A DNA stretch of 28,905 nt from a virus (taxonomy: Duplodnaviria; Caudoviricetes): positions 1 through 28,905 of the IMG/VR virus record IMGVR_UViG_3300016656_000064. One strand, given 5' to 3'. Each line of letters begins with the position of its first letter. Position 1 is the first letter of the stretch. Both the position numbers and the translations under genes were made by a program. The notes under the pieces were generated by a model that searched no databases, was not told where the DNA came from, and saw nothing but the letters and a program-made list of their open reading frames with translations. Positions 1-9,113 of the stretch are shown piece by piece.

Positions 1-1323
1 GTCATCCGAACCTGGGATAAACGAGGTGCCTGTGATCTCCGCTTTAAACCCGTGCTTGCGGAGCTGCTCCGAATACAACTCATGGGGCAACCGGCCTGAT
101 CCCAGGTCACGCAGCGCGCCGCCGTGCATGTCCATGATGAGCGAGCGGATGCTTTGGGTCTTGGCGCGCTTGCAAAACTCCTCGCCCCAGATCAGGGCGT
201 TGGCGTTCCGCAGGTACAGCTCGTCATAGAAAAGCAAGAATTTTTCGTCGGGTGGAACTGCGGCAAAGAGCGTTGCCATGACGGTATGGCCGGGGTCGAT
301 GGCAACGTACTTCGTCCAGTCATCTGGAACCTGCGGCAGTTCAGCCCTGGGGAGGATGTGGACCGACTGGTTGAAGTTCGGATACATCAACGTCGATTCG
401 GTGGTGAACTCACCTTCGGCACGCATGCGCAGCTCGTCATGGCCAAGCGCGGACCAGCGTTCGATGTTCTTCTTCTTCTCTTCCGAATCGATGTGCGGGT
501 TGTCCAAGAACCTGAGAGTGAATTTTTTGATGATGGGGTTTTCTGTCCCGGCCTCCACCTCCTTCTCCGCACGCTCGCACAACCCAAGCAGTGCGTCGTT
601 TTTGCTGTGCGGCATTGCCGACCACATGAATCGGCCCTTGCGGTCAGCGAGACGCGCCTGCATTTCGCCAATCCATGCCTCATTGGAAACGTCCTCGTCG
701 ATCCACACGGCATCGGCCTGAAAACCTTGCGGCGGCTCTCCTTCAGATGAAAAGCAGTAGATGGTCCATCCGTTGAATAGTTCCGCGCGCTGCATGTAGT
801 GCGCGTTCTTCAGGACCCAAGACACGTCTTTGACGAACCGCGGGGGAATCAGAGGAGGGGCGGGCTTCGTCTCTGCCCGCCTGTGTTCATCCTTGCCCGG
901 ACGAAAAGACCTCCAATAACCCGTCTCTTCGTCACGGATGATCCTGAACGCCCCCGGGCGGAACAGCGACTTGTAGATCACCATGCCAATATGTGGCCAA
1001 TTGCGCCCGATAATGACCAAGTTGCCGTCTTCTTTTGGGTACTTGCCATATGGGTCTTGGCCCGTTGCGGCACGCGCAGCTTCGACGCTAATGCAAAGCG
1101 TCTTGCCCCCCCGGTTTCCGCCAAGCAGGATACGCTCCGAAGCCACGCACTTGTGAAACTCATCCTGGAGCGGCATCGGTTCGTACAAACGCAACGCTTC
1201 CAACCGGCGTTCTGCAAGCTCTATCTGCACGTCCTTCAAGTGGGAGAGGGCGTGCTGAGTAAGGCCGGCTGACAAGTCCCCTTCTGGCTTAGGGGGTGGC
1301 GGGATCGGCGGGTGCCGTCTCAC
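1..1323 (-). CDS. terL: Terminase large subunit (3' end beyond window)
   Basis: Not in ORF track. Manual translation from GTG at 1323 (GTGA overlap with upstream stop) shows Walker A GGNRGGKT, Walker B AVWIDED, coupling-motif region WSAMP and RNase H-like nuclease start KYVAIDPG, in frame to base 1. Confidence 0.93.
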   Translation of the reverse strand, partial: MRRHPPIPPPPKPEGDLSAGLTQHALSHLKDVQIELAERRLEALRLYEPMPLQDEFHKCVASERILLGGNRGGKTLCISVEAARAATGQDPYGKYPKEDGNLVIIGRNWPHIGMVIYKSLFRPGAFRIIRDEETGYWRSFRPGKDEHRRAETKPAPPLIPPRFVKDVSWVLKNAHYMQRAELFNGWTIYCFSSEGEPPQGFQADAVWIDEDVSNEAWIGEMQARLADRKGRFMWSAMPHSKNDALLGLCERAEKEVEAGTENPIIKKFTLRFLDNPHIDSEEKKKNIERWSALGHDELRMRAEGEFTTESTLMYPNFNQSVHILPRAELPQVPDDWTKYVAIDPGHTVMATLFAAVPPDEKFLLFYDELYLRNANALIWGEEFCKRAKTQSIRSLIMDMHGGALRDLGSGRLPHELYSEQLRKHGFKAEITGTSFIPGSDD

Positions 1324-1538
1324 CAGAGCGCAAGCCCTTGGTTGTCGATCAGCGATTGAAGCTCATCACGGACTGACTGGTAGAGAGCGTCATCCTCCTC
1401 AGTCAGGGCCTCGTACTTCAGTTTGTTCCGGAGGAAGTTGTCCATTTCCTCCGCTACTATCCGCCACTTCCACCCGTCCAGGGCTAACTGGTGCTCCTCC
1501 GATTCCTCCGGCAGGGTGAATCGCAACATAGCCTTCAT
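1320..1538 (-). CDS. Small acidic hypothetical phage protein (72 aa)
   Basis: ATG with GGAG RBS, protein-like composition, stop coupled to the terL start. Confidence 0.75.
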   Translation of the reverse strand: MKAMLRFTLPEESEEHQLALDGWKWRIVAEEMDNFLRNKLKYEALTEEDDALYQSVRDELQSLIDNQGLALW

Positions 1539-2034
1539 GGGGTTTCTCCAATGGCAGGGCTTGCAACGTGATGGCCGTTTCGATCAATCGCTGTCGAAGC
1601 TCGCCCTCCAGCTCCTCTTCTGTCCACAGCTCCAAGGGCTTTTTGGCACCGCCGAGTGCAGTGTTCTGGCTGATCAAACGGACAACAGTTTCGATTTGTT
1701 TGTTTCGGAATGCACCACCTGCGGGCGAATCGTAGAACTGCTTCATAAAGGCGTTGGCAAATCCCCGCACACCGCCGAAGTACTCCATGATCACTTCGAC
1801 GAGTTCCGACGAGTGAGGGACATTCGCACCCCCAAGTTTGGCACTTGCGAGAAATAGGTCTACCGCTCCCTTCTCCAAGCCTTCCAGTTTCTTCTGGACC
1901 TTGCGGCTGCGCCGCTCACGCTCATGCTTGGTGCGGCACTTCTTGCATCTTCCATGAAATCCATCCTTGGATTTGTGCCAGTGCTCTTCAGTCTCAGGAA
2001 ACGACCGCTTGCACTGTATGCACGTTTTCGACAT
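1399..2034 (-). CDS. Putative terminase small subunit / Zn-finger protein
   Basis: GGAGG RBS; N-terminal CxxC...CxxC; helical core; C-terminal LELWTEEEL resembles TerS tails; lies just upstream of terL. Function inferred from position. Confidence 0.5.
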   Translation of the reverse strand: MSKTCIQCKRSFPETEEHWHKSKDGFHGRCKKCRTKHERERRSRKVQKKLEGLEKGAVDLFLASAKLGGANVPHSSELVEVIMEYFGGVRGFANAFMKQFYDSPAGGAFRNKQIETVVRLISQNTALGGAKKPLELWTEEELEGELRQRLIETAITLQALPLEKPHEGYVAIHPAGGIGGAPVSPGRVEVADSSGGNGQLPPEQTEVRGPD

Positions 2035-3430
2035 TGGTCCTCCAGACGTTCCCGTCCACCTGCACCGTCTTGCAGGAGGCGTCCACGGCCTTCTTCACGC
2101 CGGGGAATGCGGCGTAGTCATGGCCGGCGACCCACTGCTTGGCCTTGGGAGCCCAGGCCGCTATGTCACTGGCGACCGCATCCTCCGTGTGCTCCGCGTC
2201 GATGTAGACGATGTCGAAGGACTTTTCCTCAAACTTTGAGGCGATGTGCGGGCTGGCACCGACAGTGTGGGTGATCGGCTTGCCGGCCACGTTCCTCTTA
2301 AACACGTCCAGCGGATCGCCCCTAGACCCGTCGTATTGCCGCGTACCATCGTCGCTCTCGTTGCCTAGCCAGTGATCCACGCAATGGACCTGCCGCGCGC
2401 CGGCGTTCAGGAACGTCAACGCGGAGTTGCCAGCCCAAGAGCCAATCTCCAAGACAGAGGGAGCGTGCCCGTAGATGTTTTTGAAATCAGCCACCAGCCG
2501 ACGAATCGACTCCACGTCACGCGGAACCAATTCCATGCCCATGTTGTCGAACGCCACTTTTGGCAGCTTGCGGGCCATCTCTGGCGAGGGCCGCAGATCA
2601 ACGACCTTCACGTTGTTCTCGTAGCCAGTGCCCCAAGCGTCCTTCAGCTTGTGACCGACGCTACTGGCTGAAAGGATGGCAGGCTTGCCCACGCACTTCG
2701 GCTTCCAGTGCCCCGCCCAGGCGTCCCAGTTGCAGAACACCGGGTTGTACCCCAGCTTCGTAGCGCCGACCAAGGACAGGTCACGGGTTTGCGTCACGTC
2801 CTCCGTGGATGCCTTCTCGGCGGCGTACTTGTCCTTCCACTCGTAGTAGAACCACGGCTTGCTGTTGTCGTCCTTGGGCTCCGTGAGATCGAAGCACCGC
2901 ATGTCGTACATGATCAGACCAGTCGGGAGAGCAGCGCATTCTTGGATTCCGGCCAAGCTGGCGGCCGTGTGTCGGTCGTACATCTCCAATTGGAAATCCG
3001 GCGTGGCGTTGTAAGATTCCCTGTTCTGCCACCGGAAGATGTAGCAACACTCCACCGGGGGTGGGCCGCAGTATGGCGCGCCGATGGCAACAGGGCCCTT
3101 GTGGTAGTGGTCCACCAAAAAGTCAAAGGAAGACTGAAAAAACGGCTTCGACCCCTCTTGGCCCATGGCGATATCCGGGTACATGTCGGAATCGATCATC
3201 ACAAGGACATCGCACTTCGTCTCGCGGGCCTGCAAGACGGCGCGGTTGCGGGTCATGGTGATCGGCGTGTCGGCGAGGTTCCAGATGCGGATGTTTTCAA
3301 TCCGCGGGTCACGGGAGATTTCCGTGACGAGCGGCGTCATCCATTCACGGATGTTTGGGACTTCGGAAGAAATCCCGCCATTCCCGCCGTAGCTAAAAGT
3401 GACAAATCCGACATTGAATTGCTGTTTCAC
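1994..3430 (-). CDS. GT-A glycosyltransferase fused to class I SAM-dependent methyltransferase (Methyltransf_24-like)
   Basis: N-half has DxD (VMIDSDM), TGLIM, TED and GHWK motifs; C-half has VLEIGSWAGNS, DIVYIDAEH and AGHDY. Confidence 0.85.
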   Translation of the reverse strand: MKQQFNVGFVTFSYGGNGGISSEVPNIREWMTPLVTEISRDPRIENIRIWNLADTPITMTRNRAVLQARETKCDVLVMIDSDMYPDIAMGQEGSKPFFQSSFDFLVDHYHKGPVAIGAPYCGPPPVECCYIFRWQNRESYNATPDFQLEMYDRHTAASLAGIQECAALPTGLIMYDMRCFDLTEPKDDNSKPWFYYEWKDKYAAEKASTEDVTQTRDLSLVGATKLGYNPVFCNWDAWAGHWKPKCVGKPAILSASSVGHKLKDAWGTGYENNVKVVDLRPSPEMARKLPKVAFDNMGMELVPRDVESIRRLVADFKNIYGHAPSVLEIGSWAGNSALTFLNAGARQVHCVDHWLGNESDDGTRQYDGSRGDPLDVFKRNVAGKPITHTVGASPHIASKFEEKSFDIVYIDAEHTEDAVASDIAAWAPKAKQWVAGHDYAAFPGVKKAVDASCKTVQVDGNVWRTNVENVHTVQAVVS

Positions 3431-3488
3431 TTGCAGTCTCCACGGTTAGGTGGACAAGTTTACAGCATTAGCGCGCAACCGCAAAACG

Positions 3489-4340
3489 CTAAAACATCCA
3501 GCCCTGCGATGCCATTCCCTGCATCTGGGGTGAGCGTGGCTGTCCAGCAAAGTTGCTGTTCATCCTCCCCATCGGCGTGCCGCCCGTCAGGGGATTCCGC
3601 CATCCGTCGTTCACCATGTCTCCAGCTTGGCTCCACAACGATGCGATGTCCGGTGACTGCGGAGCTGCGCCGGGTCGCTGGCCGATGCCGCTTTGCATCT
3701 GGTAGCGGGCGTTGTCATCGTTCAGGAGCTGGATCAGCGCATCCCGCTGGTTGCTAAACTGGGCGGGTTCCATCGGCGTGCCGTCGAAGCCGTAGGCCAC
3801 GGCAGAGAATGGCGAGGTCTGGGGGCTGCCTGGGCCGAACCCGCTGACGCCGGGCTGGGTGTAGGGAGCAACGACATCTGGGTAGGCAGCCATTGTCTGC
3901 GGGCTTGTGCCGTCTGCGTACCTTGACATGAACCCGCCATTGTACGGCGCGCCGGTCGCCGTTGGCTGCTGGGGCGTTTGCGGGCGACCGTACGGAATCC
4001 TTTGCGGCTGCGGCGGGACGGTAGGGGCTTTGGGCCCGCCGTACGGGAACCTGTCTGGCTGCTGAGGCTGCCCGTACTGGGTGCCCTGCGACTGCGGCTG
4101 GATGGGCTGCGCGCGGCCGGGAGAGTAGCGGCTCATGTCAGGCTTAGTGTAGGGCGTGTCCCGCTGCGGAGCGCCAGCCATGGTCACTTGGCTGGGGTTG
4201 ATGAGCCGGGGCTTGTATGACTGTTGCGGAGCGTTCTGCTGCGGCGGGGAGTAGGTTTCCTGCTCTTGGTTGCCGTCCAGAAACCTTCTGGCTACGCCGC
4301 CATCCGCGGTGAGTTGCGATGTCCAGCTTCGGTATGTCAC
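3489..4340 (-). CDS. Pro/Gln/Gly-rich low-complexity protein, possibly virion-associated
   Basis: 283 aa ORF coupled (GTGA) to upstream gene within the structural block. Confidence 0.7.
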   Translation of the reverse strand: MTYRSWTSQLTADGGVARRFLDGNQEQETYSPPQQNAPQQSYKPRLINPSQVTMAGAPQRDTPYTKPDMSRYSPGRAQPIQPQSQGTQYGQPQQPDRFPYGGPKAPTVPPQPQRIPYGRPQTPQQPTATGAPYNGGFMSRYADGTSPQTMAAYPDVVAPYTQPGVSGFGPGSPQTSPFSAVAYGFDGTPMEPAQFSNQRDALIQLLNDDNARYQMQSGIGQRPGAAPQSPDIASLWSQAGDMVNDGWRNPLTGGTPMGRMNSNFAGQPRSPQMQGMASQGWMF

Positions 4341-4519
4341 CGTTCCCCCTGTTTGTTGGTCATTGCGTCGGTGCCCATGCCGTAGCCATGCAACATGCGC
4401 AGGCTCTCCGCGTCGGCCATGGGGGCCTGCCCCCTGACCTCTTGGATCAACTGGCGCAGGTAATCCAAATTTTGGATCGCAGGCTGCTCAGTCATAAGCA
4501 ACAGATCAATGAGGTCCAT
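4337..4519 (-). CDS. Small hypothetical protein (60 aa)
   Basis: Fills gap; stop overlaps next start; contains YLRQLIQEVRG motif. Confidence 0.6.
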   Translation of the reverse strand: MDLIDLLLMTEQPAIQNLDYLRQLIQEVRGQAPMADAESLRMLHGYGMGTDAMTNKQGER

Positions 4520-4523
4520 CTAT

Positions 4524-4557
4524 GAAAACGGCCTGAGCCGTTGCCAGCCCAGGCCGT
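4524..4557 (-). terminator. Probable intrinsic terminator after capsid/decoration genes
   Basis: Minus strand ACGGCCTGGGCTG-GCAA-CGGCTCAGGCCGT (13-bp stem with G-U pairs, GNRA loop) followed by a short T run. Confidence 0.65.
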
Positions 4558-4584
4558 CCCCGTAAGCCCCCTGAAGGGCGTTGA

Positions 4585-4851
4585 TCACGGCGTCGTCGTT
4601 GCAATCAGACCCAGGTTGGCAAGGGCGTTGGCGATAGCGGTGGCGCTGTTCAGCGTCACCCCCGCCGGCTTCGCCGTCACCGCCGCACCAAAGAATCCGA
4701 CGCTGCTGCTGGTGGCACCAAGCACAAGGCTAGTGGGAGACACCGTGAGCGCCGAATCACTGCCCGTCAGATGACGAACGGCATTGTGCAGCCGCCCGCC
4801 AACCGCCTCGTCGGCAAGGCCGACGACAAGCTTCGCTCTGTAGTCGCTCAT
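4585..4851 (-). CDS. Small head-associated/decoration-like protein
   Basis: Ala/Gly/Thr-rich, VGFFG...ALANLGLI pattern seen in small genes following capsid genes; GGAG RBS. Confidence 0.55.
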   Translation of the reverse strand: MSDYRAKLVVGLADEAVGGRLHNAVRHLTGSDSALTVSPTSLVLGATSSSVGFFGAAVTAKPAGVTLNSATAIANALANLGLIATTTP

Positions 4852-4859
4852 GGATGCTC

Positions 4860-5426
4860 CTAAGCAATGTCAACCAGCGCCACAACCGGGCTGGTGTTGG
4901 TGGTGCCAGAGATCACGCGGCCGATGACCGAACCCTTGGGCGAGCCCGCAGCGCCAGTCGCACTCGTCGTCGCGGCCTGACCGCCCGTGCCAGCCGAAGA
5001 GGTGGCATTGGTGGTGTGGGCCGTGACGTTGTGGGCCAGGAAGTCGCCCACCGCAACCGTCTCACGGACTTCGACCGCCGAAGGACCTTCGACAGTCACC
5101 CAGAACACGTCGTTGGCCACCACGCCGGCAGCCGGGAGGAACTCGTCGCTGATGCCGGCGATCTGGTCGCCGGTCACCCGCTTGTAGCCGCTCACCGCCG
5201 TGTAGCTGTCGCTGGAGAACGCCACGGCCCGCTTGCCGTAGAGCGTCGAACCAGAGCTATTGCGGACGGCAATGCACTTCTTCACGCGGCCCGAACGCAC
5301 CACCCCGGTCTGGGGATTCACGTCGGGGAACAGCTTCACAACGCCCACCCACTGGGCACCATCGGTCGCAGAGGTGACGCCAAGCGTCTGGCCAAGCGAG
5401 AACGGAGGATCAATCTGGAGACTCAT
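4860..5426 (-). CDS. Putative capsid decoration/cement protein
   Basis: Directly downstream of MCP, beta-rich Ala/Val/Gly/Thr composition, GAGGT RBS. Confidence 0.65.
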   Translation of the reverse strand: MSLQIDPPFSLGQTLGVTSATDGAQWVGVVKLFPDVNPQTGVVRSGRVKKCIAVRNSSGSTLYGKRAVAFSSDSYTAVSGYKRVTGDQIAGISDEFLPAAGVVANDVFWVTVEGPSAVEVRETVAVGDFLAHNVTAHTTNATSSAGTGGQAATTSATGAAGSPKGSVIGRVISGTTNTSPVVALVDIA

Positions 5427-5446
5427 CTGTTTACACCTCTGTGTGA

Positions 5447-6556
5447 TTAGGCAAGGGAAGTGAGCTTAAAGAAGTTCCTCGGCGACTTCCATTTGAGGTT
5501 GCCGAGATGAGAGACCACATATCGGTACTGCTGCGTGACCTCGTCGTAGAACGGGCCCTCGCTCTCAAAGAGCGATCCGTTCATGCACAGGAGTTCGACG
5601 TTGCCAATGGCAAGGCCGTACCCAGTGTTCGCCGGTACACTATTCTCCGACGAAACCTCCACGCCGTCGATCTCAAACACGTCCGTGAAGCCGTAGCTCC
5701 GCAGGCCGTTCTGACGGCTGATGATCACCCGCTCCTTGGAGTCCAGCGTGTTCATCAGGTCGATGTACAGCCGGCGGTCCAGAAGAACGAGGTCCACCTG
5801 ATCCTCCTTCGTATCGTTACGACGGGTCTGGTGGATCGCCTCACGGATCGCCTTCACGCAGTTGTTGCTCCAAGTGTTGGAGCCGAACGCCGTGGAGGTA
5901 AAGTTACAGACCACGGGAGAAAAAAAGTCGTACTCGCTGTCGGTGTCGCCGTTCGGCCAGACGCCGCTGTTCTGCGCACCGCCGTAGTAGCCCAGCTCCG
6001 TGTTCACGCCAGCGTACGAATCGCTGGGGTAGCCGAACATGTCAGCCGCATTGGCCGACCGCTTGGCACCCGTGGCGATGTTCACCGTGCCGTCCGTGGC
6101 CATGAACGATTCGATGCCATGGAACCGGAGGGCGTTGGCCGTCAGGTTTCCATCCTGAACCCATTCCTTGGCGATGTACTGTTCCATCGACGTGAGCAGA
6201 CGAGAAGCGAGCTTGCCGGCCACGTTAACGAGGGCCGACGCGCTGCGGTTCTCCAACATCTCCTTGCGGAAGATGGCATCCGTGACCTGATAGCCACGGT
6301 ACTCGCTCTCGGCCTTCTTCCAGAGGTTCTCTCTGCTGAAGGAACGCGGAGTCTCGCCGTTGTTCCCGGACGGCCTGTGGTTGCGGTACTGGATCTCCCA
6401 GTCGAACCCGCGCCCAGACATGTTCATCCGGACGTTGCCGCTGCCTTCCAGCATGGAGAACAGCTTGTACTTGCGCAGCGATGCGATCTCTTCCTCCCGA
6501 AGGTGGTTGACAATCGTCGTTGCAATGGAACGTGCCCAATCGGTCGAACTGGCCAT
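5447..6556 (-). CDS. Major capsid protein (HK97 fold inferred)
   Basis: 369 aa, sits between scaffold-like and decoration-like genes, MCP-like size, composition and C-terminus (GNLKWKSPRNFFKL). Confidence 0.8.
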   Translation of the reverse strand: MASSTDWARSIATTIVNHLREEEIASLRKYKLFSMLEGSGNVRMNMSGRGFDWEIQYRNHRPSGNNGETPRSFSRENLWKKAESEYRGYQVTDAIFRKEMLENRSASALVNVAGKLASRLLTSMEQYIAKEWVQDGNLTANALRFHGIESFMATDGTVNIATGAKRSANAADMFGYPSDSYAGVNTELGYYGGAQNSGVWPNGDTDSEYDFFSPVVCNFTSTAFGSNTWSNNCVKAIREAIHQTRRNDTKEDQVDLVLLDRRLYIDLMNTLDSKERVIISRQNGLRSYGFTDVFEIDGVEVSSENSVPANTGYGLAIGNVELLCMNGSLFESEGPFYDEVTQQYRYVVSHLGNLKWKSPRNFFKLTSLA

Positions 6557-6557
6557 A

Positions 6558-7565
6558 TCAGATTACTCCGTCTGCGGCGAGTTGGTTTTTCAAACGCTCT
6601 TCAAAACTCATCCTCGCACGCGGTGCGCGAGGCTCAGTAGTACCGCCGCTCCTGTTGGGGGCGCGGGTTGCGCGCTCCCGCAGGAACTGCATGTCTTGTG
6701 TGGCAACCGGCGGCTGTTGCGGCTGCGGTGCGGGCGGCTGCGCCTGGGCAAGCTGGCCCTGCATCTGCTGGTAGCGGAGGTTCAGGAGGTCACGCTGAAG
6801 CATTCCGGTGGCGTACTGCCAACGGGCCTGCGGGTCCTGAATGCCGATCTGCTGGGCCTGGGCGATGTACTGCTGGATCGCCTGACCTTCCGGCGAAACC
6901 TGCCCTTCCGGCGTGTACAGCCAGTCGGCGTTCTGCCTCTCCAAGGACGAAACGTAGGTCTGCGTCTGGTACTGGTTCAACTGCTGCTGAACGAGTTCCT
7001 GAGCCTTCTGCATCGCCACCGTCTCAACGAACGGCTTCAGCGTGTTCTCAGGGTCGGTGACCAGCTTGCGGGCGAAGTCAGCGGTGTAGGCCTGATACTC
7101 ACGGAGAGCCTGCTGTGCCTCAAACGGGGCGTTGGGGTCAATGACCTCCTTGCCCGTCTGCGGATCACGGACGATGTAGTTCTTCCAAGTATCCTTCACC
7201 TCCGGAGGGGCCCACCACTTCGGGGCCTCCGGCTGCTTAGGCTTGGCGGCTTCGGCCTGCGAACGCCTCCACGCCTCAAACTCCTTCTGATTGCGAAGGT
7301 ACTCTTGGGCGTAGGGGACAACCGTCTGGTACTGCTGGAGCTGACGCTGCGCCTCTTGGAGTCCGGTGTAGGACTGGTAGAGGTTGCGGGCGATGTCGAT
7401 GTCTTCCTTGCCCTGGAAATCAGGGAGCGCCTTAAAGGCGTCGTAGACATTGACAGGGGCAGCAGACTCGTAGGACTGCGGCGCAGCGGCTTCGGCCTGC
7501 GGCGGCGCAGCCTCAGCTACCGGGGCGGCATCGGGAATGTCGGGAAGGTTTTCTTCGTCTGCCAT
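6558..7565 (-). CDS. Capsid scaffolding protein
   Basis: Acidic Pro/Ala-rich N-terminus, Gln-rich coiled coil, short basic C-terminal helix (SFEERLKNQL), immediately upstream of MCP. Confidence 0.75.
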   Translation of the reverse strand: MADEENLPDIPDAAPVAEAAPPQAEAAAPQSYESAAPVNVYDAFKALPDFQGKEDIDIARNLYQSYTGLQEAQRQLQQYQTVVPYAQEYLRNQKEFEAWRRSQAEAAKPKQPEAPKWWAPPEVKDTWKNYIVRDPQTGKEVIDPNAPFEAQQALREYQAYTADFARKLVTDPENTLKPFVETVAMQKAQELVQQQLNQYQTQTYVSSLERQNADWLYTPEGQVSPEGQAIQQYIAQAQQIGIQDPQARWQYATGMLQRDLLNLRYQQMQGQLAQAQPPAPQPQQPPVATQDMQFLRERATRAPNRSGGTTEPRAPRARMSFEERLKNQLAADGVI

Positions 7566-7566
7566 G

Positions 7567-7607
7567 ACTCTGTGACCTCTTCAGGGGTGAACGGGGGTTC
7601 ACAGAGT
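7567..7607 (-). promoter_or_regulatory. Stem-loop overlapping the scaffold ribosome-binding site
   Basis: ACTCTGTGA (7567-7575) and TCACAGAGT (7599-7607) are a perfect inverted repeat enclosing the GAAGAGG RBS. Confidence 0.55.
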
Positions 7608-7660
7608 TACTGTCCTGCTTCTCCGATTTTGTTTCTGGAAGGTAAAGATGGGTGGGTTTA

Positions 7661-8590
7661 TTACCGAATCTCAACCGGCTGCTGGCCGTCTTCGTATGCC
7701 GCCCCGGCCGCTATCGGCGCCAACAGGCCGTACTTCCGCAAGATGCGGATGGAGTCTTCGGTGCCGGGGAACATTACGTAGTTGCGGGTGCCGTCTCCGG
7801 CGCGGCGCGACCCGCGATCCAAATACCGCACTCCAGGGACGCCGTGTTCGGCCATGCGAATGGCCGCCGAACGCGCGTCGGGCGGCATCTTCATAGGATC
7901 AATGGTGTCACGCACGGCCCACATAATGCCTCGGCCGGACGAGAACATATCGTCTTCAGTTATGCCCAGCGTGCGCAACGATTCTTGGACGGCGGGAGGC
8001 TGGCGTGCAAACGAGGCGTCCCAATCCAACAGCGAGGACTCCGGGTGGGCTATTTCCACTTCATACATGCGTCCCGGATTGAGTTCGACGCGCTTCCCGT
8101 CCAGGCGACGAAATGCGGCCAAGACATCGGCCTCCAGCTCGGCGGCATGCTTCACTCTCCCCAGCTCTGCCAGCACGCCTTCGCCCTCTGGGTCTTTTTG
8201 ATAGCGAGCCCTTGCTTCGTCAGTGAGGCGAGAGAAGTGATCGTACCGCTGTTGCGCTGTCTTGCGCCACGCTGCCAGTTGATCATGCTGCTTGTTGGCC
8301 AATGCATGGGCGAGGATGTAGTCGTTTCCGGCCACCGAGTCCGACATTGGCTCACCGTCGATGAGCACTTGGCCAGACAGCGAGTCGCGGTAGCTCTTGG
8401 CGGTGTCCTCAACACCAGCAAAGTACAGGCCGTGCCCATACGCCTGTGCCCCCTCCCCCGTCCCGATCTTACTCGCATCAAACCTATCAAAGTCATACGG
8501 GCTCCCATGGTACGCCCGAATGGTGCCAGAGCTTGCGGCATCGCCTACGCGCCGGATAACGTCATCCAGGGATTTAAGGGGACTTGCCAT
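7661..8590 (-). CDS. ADP-ribosyltransferase-like domain of polyvalent-protein type (ART-PolyVal-like)
   Basis: AYHGSPYDFDRF...GEGAQAYGHGLYFA and GVRYLD...NYVMF motifs typical of domains in large phage polyvalent proteins. Confidence 0.65.
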   Translation of the reverse strand: MASPLKSLDDVIRRVGDAASSGTIRAYHGSPYDFDRFDASKIGTGEGAQAYGHGLYFAGVEDTAKSYRDSLSGQVLIDGEPMSDSVAGNDYILAHALANKQHDQLAAWRKTAQQRYDHFSRLTDEARARYQKDPEGEGVLAELGRVKHAAELEADVLAAFRRLDGKRVELNPGRMYEVEIAHPESSLLDWDASFARQPPAVQESLRTLGITEDDMFSSGRGIMWAVRDTIDPMKMPPDARSAAIRMAEHGVPGVRYLDRGSRRAGDGTRNYVMFPGTEDSIRILRKYGLLAPIAAGAAYEDGQQPVEIR

Positions 8591-9113
8591 CTAACCTCCC
8601 TATGAGGTTGTCGAACCGGCGGGCGATTTCCTCTTGCGGTGGTTTTTCTTCTTCGCCGGAAAGCGCGTATGCCAGCGTTGCGCCAGTTCCCACAGCCCCA
8701 GCTAAGAGCCCCTCCGGGTTGCGGGCCGCGGCGTAGAACGGAAGGGCGGCACCGTACTTCAGGGGATCGTCCATGAAGTACTGTGACATGGGCCAGTCCA
8801 TGACATCCTTGCCAGCCAAGCGCGCAAGGAGTTCGTCTTCAAACCCACCGGCCTTACCTCGCCTTGCCCACCATGGGATTGCGGCGCGGAGTTCCGGGTC
8901 CTGCATAACCATGTCTCGGATGCCGTGCATGGCTTCATGGCGGCGCGTTTGTCGAATCATGTCTGGCGGCATGGCATCGTCCCACACCGCCATCCGCTCA
9001 TCTGGGAAGTACGCCCCGTCCACGCCATCTGGTAGCGGAAGGGAGGACTTGCTTGCGGGCTTAGATGCGAAGCGACGGCGTGCCGCAAGCATGGAGCGGA
9101 ACTTATCTGCCAC
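8574..9113 (-). CDS. Putative zincin-like metallopeptidase
   Basis: GAYF strand, then HEAMH (HExxH) and a downstream EDE candidate third ligand. Confidence 0.6.
   Translation of the reverse strand: MADKFRSMLAARRRFASKPASKSSLPLPDGVDGAYFPDERMAVWDDAMPPDMIRQTRRHEAMHGIRDMVMQDPELRAAIPWWARRGKAGGFEDELLARLAGKDVMDWPMSQYFMDDPLKYGAALPFYAAARNPEGLLAGAVGTGATLAYALSGEEEKPPQEEIARRFDNLIGRLDGKSP

Noticed and set aside
124-8605. Long plus-strand ORFs (124-750, 2708-3757, 5507-6640, 6360-7781, 7652-8605)
   Set aside because: Antisense shadows of well-supported minus-strand genes in GC-rich DNA; no motifs or RBS support
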